In this document: positions 56,954 to 64,000 of the stretch, in pieces
Position numbering within the stretch: the first letter of the stretch is position 1
Layout: each line of letters begins with the position of its first letter
Source of the DNA: Acidimicrobiia bacterium
GTDB lineage: Bacteria > Actinomycetota > Acidimicrobiia > Actinomarinales > Actinomarinaceae
NCBI GenBank assembly: GCA_028376655.1
Contig: JAONAZ010000002.1
Span: 69,029-133,028, forward strand
Reading direction: 5' to 3'
DNA: 64,000 nt
Program-made: the position numbers and the translations under genes
The notes under the pieces: model-generated
Databases searched by the model: none
What the model saw: only the letters and a program-made list of their open reading frames with translations
Told to the model about the DNA's origin: nothing

Positions 56954-56967
56954 AAAGGAGTAAGTGA

Positions 56968-58233
56968 ATGAACAATAAAATTTTTGCCTTAGTTGACTGT
57001 AACAACTTTTACGCTTCCTGTGAGCGTGTCTTCAATCCTAAATTAGAAGGAAAGCCCATTGTGGTACTTTCTAATAATGATGGATGTATTATTGCGAGAT
57101 CAAACGAGGCAAAAGCTTTAGGTATCCCGATGGGAGCTCCATTTTTCAAATACGAGCAGCTTATCAATAGAAACAACGTTCATGTATTTTCATCAAACTA
57201 CACCTTTTATGGAGACATGTCTGCACGAGTAATGACCTCATTAAAATCATTAGTTAATGAAATAGAGATTTACTCTATTGATGAAGCATTCTTAGATATA
57301 AGTAGCTTTGCTTATTGTGATCTTGAAGACACAGCAAAAGAAATTAAAAATCTAATCAAACAATGGACAGGAATACCGGTTTCCATAGGGATAGGATCTT
57401 CAAAAACACTAGCAAAAATTGCAAACAGGCAGGCAAAAAAAAATACATTAGAAAATGTATTTGATATAAGAGATTTAGAAGTTAGAGAAAATATATTAAC
57501 AGAGCTTCCAATAGAAGAAATATGGGGAATCTCAACAAGGTGGGGCAGGAGGTTGAGAAAAATTGGTATTGAGACGGCACAGGACCTAGCAGAGGCAAAC
57601 CCAAGACATGTGAGAAAGACAATAAGCATTGTAGGGGAGAGAATCCATTATGAGTTGAATGGTTTATCCTGCATAGGAATAGAAGAAGTCAAAAATAAAA
57701 AAAGTATCATCTCATCAAAATCATTTGGAAAAAAAGTTTATCAAGTGCAAGAGCTAGAAGAAGCAGTGTCAAACTATACAGCACGGGCATGCGAAAAATT
57801 AAGACAACAAAATTCAAGGGCACAAGGATTGTATGTATTTTTAAGAACAAGTCCACACACAGAAAAGGATAAACAGTACAGCAATGGTATGAGTGTTCAT
57901 TTCTCTATTCCAACAAGCAATACTTCAAAAATAATAAAAGAAGCAAAAAAGCTTACAAATAAATTATTTCTACCAGGATACGAATACCAGAAAATTGGAG
58001 TGATGCTTTTGAACATTTCAGATGCAAAAAATGAACAAGGTAGTTTTCTAGATAATGAAAACTATAGCAAATCAGACACAATTATGAAATCTCTAGACAC
58101 AGTGAACAAACAGTTTGGATCAGGTTCATTGACGCTTGGGGCACAAGGTATACAAAAGAATTGGAGAATGAGAGCAGACAGAAAGTCTGGAGCCTATACG
58201 ACAAATCTTAAAGACTTACCGATTGTTAAGTAA
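56968..58233 (+). CDS. umuC: Y-family translesion DNA polymerase, UmuC (Pol V catalytic subunit) type
   Basis: FALVDCNNFYASCERVF, VVLSNNDGCIIARS, SIDEAFLD, SKTLAKIAN. 421 aa. Confidence 0.9.
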   Translation: MNNKIFALVDCNNFYASCERVFNPKLEGKPIVVLSNNDGCIIARSNEAKALGIPMGAPFFKYEQLINRNNVHVFSSNYTFYGDMSARVMTSLKSLVNEIEIYSIDEAFLDISSFAYCDLEDTAKEIKNLIKQWTGIPVSIGIGSSKTLAKIANRQAKKNTLENVFDIRDLEVRENILTELPIEEIWGISTRWGRRLRKIGIETAQDLAEANPRHVRKTISIVGERIHYELNGLSCIGIEEVKNKKSIISSKSFGKKVYQVQELEEAVSNYTARACEKLRQQNSRAQGLYVFLRTSPHTEKDKQYSNGMSVHFSIPTSNTSKIIKEAKKLTNKLFLPGYEYQKIGVMLLNISDAKNEQGSFLDNENYSKSDTIMKSLDTVNKQFGSGSLTLGAQGIQKNWRMRADRKSGAYTTNLKDLPIVK

Positions 58234-58239
58234 TTAAAA

Positions 58240-58268
58240 AAAGAGGGGTGACTTGACTACCCCTCTTT
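58240..58268. terminator. bidirectional Rho-independent terminator shared by umuC (+) and the MFS gene (-)
   Basis: AAAAAAA-GAGGGGT-GACTTGACT-ACCCCTC-TTTT. A GC-rich stem flanked by an A7 run (T7 on the minus strand) and T4. Confidence 0.7.
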
Positions 58269-58352
58269 TAAAGCTTAAAAATTCTGTCCGGAATTTAAAA
58301 GCTACAAGAACAGTTTAGGTGTTAAATGAGGATTGAGACAGTAAAATTTTTT

Positions 58353-59582
58353 TTATGAGTCTAATTTTTTCCAGATATTTCTTGTAGATAAATACCAAAT
58401 AAATCCAAATATAAATCCTAAAACAGGGAAAAGCTTAAATACAAATAATACACCATAGAGTGTTGCTAGGTAGCCAATCATAAGTGTTGAAATTGTATTC
58501 ATAAAAAAATAGAGAGAATAGTCTATCCCAGCAATTCTTCCACGTAGATTATCTGGGGTTAAAACTTGTAAACCGTAAGTTGAAAATGCCCACTGTGAAC
58601 CTCCACCAGAGTGTCCTAATATTAATAGAAATACTGTTAGATAAACCGAGGCTGATGAAGAAATAAAGAAATAAAACAATCCCCACGCCATGATAGTTAT
58701 TCCAATTGTATTCAGTAACTTTCCATCGGTGCTTCCAAAAAAATAACGAATTATAATTGGTCCTATTAAAGCACCAATCCCTCTTGCTCCAAACATAAGT
58801 CCTGTTCCGTAATCACCGGTTTTATAAATTTCATATGAGAGAACTGTAAAAAGAGATAATAATCCGCTTGCTGAAATACTAAAAGTAGCTTTAGTTATTA
58901 CTAAAGAAAGAATCTCTTTCCTTGAAAGCACATATTTTAATCCATCAACAAAATTTATACTAGTTTCATCTGATTCTGATTCCTTCTGTTCACTCAGGTC
59001 TTTTTTAATTGAAAATACTATGAATGCAGAAATTACAAATGTTAGGAAATCTATTGTAAATAATGTATCCCTACTAACAACAGTTGTTAAATATCCACCA
59101 ATACCTGCTCCAAGTCCTGCCATTATTCCCCAGCTAGAAAAGAAAATTACATTTGCTTCTGCAAGAAAATCCTTTTCAACAACGTTTGGAAGTGCTGCAT
59201 CTGATGTTGGCATATACGCTGCACTAACAACTGAGAGCATTCCAAAAGAAAATAAAATAAATACTACATTTTCGGTATTTACAGCATAGAGAATTAGTAA
59301 AACTACTAGACCTGATAAAAACTCAGAAATTCCGATTATTTTTTTTCTATCGTATTTATCTGCTAAATATCCACCAAAGCTGCCCAGAAAAAATAAAGGA
59401 GCACTCTGTACGACAAGAACAAGTGAGGTAATTAATGGATTGTTAGTTAGTTCATAAATGATTCCAAGTAATGGTACTGTAAGTAACCAGTCTCCACCTA
59501 GTGTTATTAATCTCGCAGCAAATAGTTTTTGAAAATCTTTATTTTTTGTAATTATCTGAATATAGTTATCGAGATTTTTCAT
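58353..59582 (-). CDS. MFS transporter (12 TM, EntS/MFS_3-like)
   Basis: 409 aa, about 12 hydrophobic helices. GGYLADKYDRKK loop 2-3 motif. Confidence 0.8.
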   Translation of the reverse strand: MKNLDNYIQIITKNKDFQKLFAARLITLGGDWLLTVPLLGIIYELTNNPLITSLVLVVQSAPLFFLGSFGGYLADKYDRKKIIGISEFLSGLVVLLILYAVNTENVVFILFSFGMLSVVSAAYMPTSDAALPNVVEKDFLAEANVIFFSSWGIMAGLGAGIGGYLTTVVSRDTLFTIDFLTFVISAFIVFSIKKDLSEQKESESDETSINFVDGLKYVLSRKEILSLVITKATFSISASGLLSLFTVLSYEIYKTGDYGTGLMFGARGIGALIGPIIIRYFFGSTDGKLLNTIGITIMAWGLFYFFISSSASVYLTVFLLILGHSGGGSQWAFSTYGLQVLTPDNLRGRIAGIDYSLYFFMNTISTLMIGYLATLYGVLFVFKLFPVLGFIFGFIWYLSTRNIWKKLDS

Positions 59583-59634
59583 AAGTCATACAACTGTAAC
59601 GGGATTAGAAAATAACTACTATAATTGAAAAATA

Positions 59635-60342
59635 ATGAAAACAGTTTTAGTCACAGGTGGAACAAGGGGAATAGGACTTGCAACAGCATTAAGATTCTCA
59701 GAAAATAATTGGAATGTATATATTACATCAAGAAAAGAAGAAAATCTTGCAGAAGTATTAGGCGAACACTCCCACTTAAAAGGATTTGTAGCAAATGCTG
59801 ACAGCGAAGAAGCTGCTATAGAAACATGTGATGCGATAGTTAAAGAAACAAACTCAATTGATGTTCTAATCAACAACGCTGGAACAAATCCGTCAGGTGG
59901 ATATTTGATGGATGTGGATATCTCCAGAATTCAAAAAACATGGGATGTAAATCTTCTTGGACCGTTACTTTGGGCTAGAGCAGCTGTAAAGGCTGGCTTA
60001 AAGGAATCAATATTAAATGTTGCATCTGTTGGGGGTATAAAGCCAGCATCTTATATGGGTGCATACAATATTTCAAAAGCAGGCCTAATTTACATGACAA
60101 AACAATTAGCTAAAGAATTAGCACCAAACATAAGAGTTAATGGAATTGCTCCTGCTGTTGTGAAAACAAAATTATCGAAGATGCTGTGGGAAAATGATGA
60201 ACAAGCTACTGCCGATCTACATGCTTTAAAAAAATTAGGTACACCTGAAGATATCTCTAATTTGATATATTTTTTATCAAACGAGGAAGCTTCTTGGATA
60301 ACCGGTGAAGTAGTTACTATTGACGGTGGATATTTACTTTAA
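59635..60342 (+). CDS. short-chain dehydrogenase/reductase (FabG-like)
   Basis: TGGTRGIGLA, NNAG, YNISKAG (YxxxK). 235 aa. Confidence 0.85.
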   Translation: MKTVLVTGGTRGIGLATALRFSENNWNVYITSRKEENLAEVLGEHSHLKGFVANADSEEAAIETCDAIVKETNSIDVLINNAGTNPSGGYLMDVDISRIQKTWDVNLLGPLLWARAAVKAGLKESILNVASVGGIKPASYMGAYNISKAGLIYMTKQLAKELAPNIRVNGIAPAVVKTKLSKMLWENDEQATADLHALKKLGTPEDISNLIYFLSNEEASWITGEVVTIDGGYLL

Positions 60343-60344
60343 CC

Positions 60345-61292
60345 TTAATTTAAGAAGTATATAGCTAATTGATTGTATAAAGGTATTCCAATAATCACAT
60401 TAAATGGAAATGTTACACCAAGGCTCAAACCAAGATATATTGCTGGATTAGCATTTGGAATCGCATCTTTTACTACCGCTGGGACGGCAATATAACTTGC
60501 ACTTGCAGTCAAAACCATAAGAAGAGTTGCATTGCCAACACTTAAACCAAAGTATGATGAAAAAATTAATGCAATTAATGATCCAGTTACGGGTGTTATC
60601 AATGCAAAAGATATAAGCTGACTGCCTTTACCTGAAAGCTCGCTCATTCTTTTCGAGACACTTAAACCCATAATGAAAAGAAATACAATTAAAACTATAT
60701 CAAAAATATTCTTTGTAAATAAATTTAATAATTCTAAATTATTAAATTTGAAGTTATAAGCAAATATCAAAGATGATAAAAGAACTATATTGGGTATTTC
60801 TAAAAAAGCAGTTTTTAAAGTCTGAATTTTACTTTTTGATTGCTGTGAACCATTTTGTGTAACCAAATATAAAGCCATGAATATGGCTGGAAACTCCATT
60901 ACAACTAGAACAGCAGACATATAGTTCTCGTAATTTTGAGAACTTGCAAGTAGGTAAGTGTTTGCAGTAACAAATGTGACTGCACTTACAGAGCCATAAG
61001 TTCCCGATAGCGCCGCAGCATCATCAGCGTTTAATATTCTTTTTAAATAAAGGTACGAAGTGATCGGTACCAATAATGCAAAAAATACACCGAGGGAAAG
61101 GACGTTTATCACATCGTTAATAAATCCAGTTTGTTGAAGACTGTACCCACCCTTTAAGCCTAAGCCTAATAGAAGGTAGTACCCAAGATATTTAGAGATG
61201 AATGTAGGTGGTGTAATACTTTTGAAGATACTTCCAAGAAGTATTCCACAAACAAAGATAATCAGAGCAGGATTTAATAAAGCAGTAATCAT
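60345..61292 (-). CDS. Sbt_1/DUF897-type sodium-dependent (bicarbonate) transporter-family permease
   Basis: N-terminus LLNPALIIFVCGILLGS...YLLLGLGLKGG resembles the PF05982 family. About 10 TM, 315 aa. Confidence 0.55.
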   Translation of the reverse strand: MITALLNPALIIFVCGILLGSIFKSITPPTFISKYLGYYLLLGLGLKGGYSLQQTGFINDVINVLSLGVFFALLVPITSYLYLKRILNADDAAALSGTYGSVSAVTFVTANTYLLASSQNYENYMSAVLVVMEFPAIFMALYLVTQNGSQQSKSKIQTLKTAFLEIPNIVLLSSLIFAYNFKFNNLELLNLFTKNIFDIVLIVFLFIMGLSVSKRMSELSGKGSQLISFALITPVTGSLIALIFSSYFGLSVGNATLLMVLTASASYIAVPAVVKDAIPNANPAIYLGLSLGVTFPFNVIIGIPLYNQLAIYFLN

Positions 61293-61346
61293 TAATAAGA
61301 AATGATAGTGTTCAATTTGATGTTTTATCTAATAATTATAAATATG

Positions 61347-62108
61347 TTAAGAAATCTTATTAACTATATCTTTAACTCTTTTAAGTTCTACCGGATTATC
61401 TAAAACCCCATCCACTTTAAAATCAGTCCCAATGATTCCAATATCTGAAACTTTAGAGAATTCTTCAATATTATTAATAGTCAAACCAGAACCAATAGCT
61501 AATTTACCATCTGGTACAACATTTCTTATTTTTCTAAGGTCTGATATATCAGTTTCCTCTCCAGTACCATCACCACTTACTATTACAACGTCAGCCCCTG
61601 CTCTCTCCACAAGTTCCTTTGCATGATTTTCAATTTTTGAACCATATGGTGGTGTAGCGTGTTTAACAAAAACATCAGCAAAGACTTCAATATTTTTGCT
61701 TAAAGTACTTCTTAACTGAGATATCTCATAAGCTTTGCCCTCAATTATTCCCTGATCTGTATACATGATATTGTTTAAAACGTTGATTCGGACAAAATCT
61801 GCATTTGTTGCTTCAGCAATAGCAAGTGCACTAAATCCATCATTTCTTAAAACATTTATTCCAATTTTTAAGTGTTCATCAATGTTAAGTTTTGAAACTA
61901 CAGTCGTGAAACTAACTAAAGATCTTTTCGAAAGGTTATCTTTAACAAAAGGTGCATCTCCAAAGTTTTCTATGATTAGCCCCTGCACTCCACCTTTTGT
62001 AAGTGCTTCAATATCATTTTGAGCTAGATGAATTATTTCATCTAATGGAAGATTATTTGAGGTTGAGCCAGGGAGACCTTTTAGGTGAATTACTCCAAAT
62101 ATTTTCAT
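61347..62108 (-). CDS. BtpA/SgcQ-family TIM-barrel protein
   Basis: MKIFGVIHLKGLPGS N-terminus, IIENFGDAPF, RINVL. 253 aa. Confidence 0.7.
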   Translation of the reverse strand: MKIFGVIHLKGLPGSTSNNLPLDEIIHLAQNDIEALTKGGVQGLIIENFGDAPFVKDNLSKRSLVSFTTVVSKLNIDEHLKIGINVLRNDGFSALAIAEATNADFVRINVLNNIMYTDQGIIEGKAYEISQLRSTLSKNIEVFADVFVKHATPPYGSKIENHAKELVERAGADVVIVSGDGTGEETDISDLRKIRNVVPDGKLAIGSGLTINNIEEFSKVSDIGIIGTDFKVDGVLDNPVELKRVKDIVNKIS

Positions 62109-62110
62109 TA

Positions 62111-62848
62111 TTAAATCTTAACGTGATTTGTTTTTATTAATTTTTTTGCAAAGTCACCTTCAACAGTAAGGGTTGGTTTAAATCCTTTACCAGTTCTTCC
62201 AGTTACAACTCTGCACCAATCTCCGGCGTTACCTTTAATTGTGTTTTCAGCTTTTTCATCGCCAAATTGCCATGCTTTATATTCTGGCCCAATTAATTCA
62301 ACTCTTATATTTTCAAATTTTAACTTATTTAATTTTGCTGTTCTTTCTGTATTTAAGAAACCATAAAGAGCAATGTGCTCAATTCTTACAGTGTCTTCGT
62401 AATCTTTTTTCATACAAGCATATATATCTAAACCATGAGACCAGGTTTCTGATAACTTCGTAGTTGCAAATGTGAGATAGTCAATTTCATTGTTCCACCA
62501 TTTGATTTTCCGTCCTTGTGTAGCATCTGCTAATGTTTCAACCACTTTAGCCCTTGAAAGCCTCCACCATTCAATTACATCTTGAGGACGCATATCCTTT
62601 CCATTTGCAAGGGCATTCTTTTCAAATTTAGCAAGTCCTGAAGGTCCTCTATATTTATTAAAATCTGTACCTTTTTTCTTTAATGCATTAAAAGCTAAAT
62701 CTTCTAGAGCAGCTAGGTAACTTACGTGTTCAGTTATTGTCCAATTTTTAAAATTTGTTTTTGTATTCCAATTTCTCACTGGAATACTCTGTAGGTACTG
62801 ATCCAAAAGTTGTTGTTCTGCTACAAGGCTACTAAGAATTTCTTTCAC
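62111..62848 (-). CDS. DinB/MDMPI-like (mycothiol-dependent maleylpyruvate isomerase N-domain, TIGR03084-like) metal-binding protein
   Basis: N-terminal four-helix DinB pattern (WTITEHVSYLA...), 245 aa, an actinobacteria-typical family. Assigned from memory of the family pattern. Confidence 0.5.
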   Translation of the reverse strand: MKEILSSLVAEQQLLDQYLQSIPVRNWNTKTNFKNWTITEHVSYLAALEDLAFNALKKKGTDFNKYRGPSGLAKFEKNALANGKDMRPQDVIEWWRLSRAKVVETLADATQGRKIKWWNNEIDYLTFATTKLSETWSHGLDIYACMKKDYEDTVRIEHIALYGFLNTERTAKLNKLKFENIRVELIGPEYKAWQFGDEKAENTIKGNAGDWCRVVTGRTGKGFKPTLTVEGDFAKKLIKTNHVKI

Positions 62849-62939
62849 ATGTTAATTCTAATTGTGAATTGAGAAAACCCAAAGGGGATGTTCAATAAAA
62901 CTTCTTTATTTATAACTTAATCTGACGTAGAATCTAGTC

Positions 62940-63140
62940 ATGAAAAAGATTATAAAATTAGCAACATTTGTAATTGTAGTTAAAGCGCTGCTTGACTTAT
63001 TCAATGAAAATACAACAGTTAAAAATCAAATTGATAGGTTAAAAGAGGAAATTACAAAACTAGAGACTGATGATTTAGAAAGTAAAATAAAAGACTTTTT
63101 TAAAAAATATGATCCAAAAAAATATAATGATGACATCTAA
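62940..63140 (+). CDS. small membrane-anchored coiled-coil protein, unknown function
   Basis: 66 aa with an N-terminal TM and a charged helix. TAGAAT (-10) at 62928-62933 sits 6 nt before the ATG, so the transcript may be leaderless. Confidence 0.4.
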   Translation: MKKIIKLATFVIVVKALLDLFNENTTVKNQIDRLKEEITKLETDDLESKIKDFFKKYDPKKYNDDI

Positions 63141-63295
63141 TTCATACGGATTCTAATATCTGGCGTATATTCGGTAAAAGTTTTTATTATTGGCCTAAAT
63201 GGTTAGTAAAATTTATTACTTTTCTACATGCTAAGAGTATTAAATTTAACCACTCTACAATCGGTAAACGCATAATTGGAAGTGATATTTTACTC

Positions 63296-63607
63296 TTGGA
63301 AACTAAGGGCGTTGTCTCAGGTAAGACTAGGAAAACTCCTTTGACTTATGCTAAAACAAACGGGGGGTATGTTGTTGCAGCTTCATATGGGGGTAGGGAT
63401 GTTGCTCCTCATTGGTTTAATAATCTTAAAGTAAATGATAATTATATTACAGTTGAAAATAGTCGTTTTAAGGTTAATCACCAACTTATTTCATCCGAAC
63501 ATCGTGAAACTTATTGGAATTTATTATTAAATGTCTACAAAACGTTTGAAGATTATATTCAGAAGACTAACAGAGAGATTCCTCTTGTAGAATTTACTAA
63601 AGCTTAG
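63296..63607 (+). CDS. Ddn-family deazaflavin-dependent nitroreductase-like protein (N-terminus extends upstream without a canonical start)
   Basis: LLLETKGVVSGKTRKTPLTY...ASYGGRDVAPHWFNNLK core. The frame is open back to 63134 and encodes a family-like N-terminus (see finding). Confidence 0.65.
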   Translation: METKGVVSGKTRKTPLTYAKTNGGYVVAASYGGRDVAPHWFNNLKVNDNYITVENSRFKVNHQLISSEHRETYWNLLLNVYKTFEDYIQKTNREIPLVEFTKA

Positions 63608-64000
63608 GCTTTAAGTTCGGTCCATTTCTAACAACTGTATTCCACAAAGTGTTGTAATGATCTATATCTTCTGCGTTGACATGGGGGATTACCATATTAT
63701 TCCATGTTGCCAATAACGGATCAGAAGATTCTTTGTAGAGATCTAATCCAACAGGAATTCTTTCAACAATCGTTCTTAAGCTCATAGGAGTTTCAATATT
63801 TATACTTATGTCATCGGACACAAATGAATTGTTAATCTCAATAGCTAATTTAATAATAAGGTCTACAAATTCATTTTGTAACTGTGGATATTTCTTACTG
63901 AATATCGATTCTAACTGTTCCTTATTTGGAAATGGCTTATCCCAAATAACCCATCTGTCTGCGAATGCTTTATTGAGTGTTTGTGTACCTGCATAATCCC
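63597..64000 (-). CDS. 3' part of a CDS running off the window; possibly the C-terminal region of an AAA+ (MoxR/CbbQ/CobS-like) ATPase
   Basis: The frame is open from 63998 down to the stop at 63597 (the track GTG at 63821 is internal). ...DYAGTQTLNKAFADRWVIWDKPFP resembles the sensor-2 region (GT..LN.A..DRF) of AAA_5-type ATPases. Confidence 0.4.
   Translation of the reverse strand, partial: DYAGTQTLNKAFADRWVIWDKPFPNKEQLESIFSKKYPQLQNEFVDLIIKLAIEINNSFVSDDISINIETPMSLRTIVERIPVGLDLYKESSDPLLATWNNMVIPHVNAEDIDHYNTLWNTVVRNGPNLKPKL

Noticed and set aside
56398-56955. The S24 peptidase could be the SOS repressor LexA (the track ORF is 185 aa).
   Set aside because: No winged-HTH N-domain is recognisable, and the C-terminal domain aligns closely with UmuD, including the FPSPA.DY segment after the cleavage site. 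The first 14 codons depend on a TTG that would lie over the palindrome and the umuC SD, so I prefer the ATG at 56913.
984-59289. Many other 60-130-aa ORFs in the track lie antisense to, or out of frame with, strong genes. Examples: 984-1175, 1805-1996, 8435-8707, 13767-14018, 14478-14708, 28300-28544, 29888-30256, 34457-34804, 37182-37412, 40052-40447, 47749-48102, 49018-49224, 56312-56695, 57312-57629, 59020-59289.
   Set aside because: Each is fully contained in a gene with clear family motifs on the other strand or frame. Long spurious frames are expected wherever the coding strand suppresses stops. None has a recognisable domain or start context.
1-64000. I looked for CRISPR arrays, tandem or interspersed repeats, IS or transposase genes, toxin-antitoxin pairs, restriction-modification systems and other defence systems, and for rRNA or tRNA genes.
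   Set aside because: I found none by eye. All intergenic gaps are 127 nt or shorter except the 155-nt stretch at 63141-63295, which is filled by the upstream extension of the Ddn-like frame. Each gap is accounted for by promoters, terminators or leaders. This was not a computational repeat search, so short dispersed repeats could have been missed.

Overview
This 64-kb window is very AT-rich (roughly 30-33% GC by eye) and extremely gene-dense. Most neighbouring genes abut or overlap by 1-8 nt (ATGA-type junctions). The backbone is the classical Actinomycetota core synteny in compressed form:
- ddl ... rpmB / recG-rsmD-coaD-yceD-rpmF-plsX-rnc ... smc
- rpsP-KH-rimM ... trmD-rplS-lepB-rnhB
- xerC, then rpsB-tsf-pyrH-frr-cdsA-rseP-ispG-proS-rimP-nusA-infB-rbfA-nrnA-truB-ribF-rpsO-pnp

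The window also carries deazaflavin/F420 genes (cofG, cofH, two Ddn-type proteins, an LLM oxidoreductase) and a DinB/mycothiol-type protein. Together these suggest a streamlined low-GC aquatic actinobacterium, possibly Ca. Actinomarinales-like; this is an inference, not a database result. I saw no rRNA, tRNA, CRISPR array, IS element, prophage or recognisable defence system.

The observations most worth a second look are:
1. A translationally coupled operon at 51.9-55.5 kb: F420-type LLM oxidoreductase, a radical SAM enzyme with a CCSEP tail, a flavin reductase and a membrane-anchored methyltransferase.
2. An apparently circularly permuted Fe-S type (6-4) photolyase/cryptochrome-like gene, ATGA-coupled to a Ddn-family gene (4.5-6.2 kb).
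3. A tandem GAPDH pair whose upstream copy lacks the catalytic Cys, inside a 6-kb block that splits the normally contiguous rimM-trmD operon.
4. A short SMC with no recognisable hinge.
5. A split FO synthase whose CofH carries an unexplained N-terminal domain of about 240 aa.
6. A UmuD-like S24 peptidase co-oriented with a haloalkane dehalogenase and divergent from umuC, with a near-perfect palindrome between them.
7. A MurF-like ligase whose N-terminal domain is replaced by a polytopic membrane anchor.
8. Two genes (lepB and a Ddn-type gene) whose conserved N-termini are encoded upstream of any ATG/GTG/TTG.

All calls come from reading the sequence and the supplied ORF translations. No searches were run.
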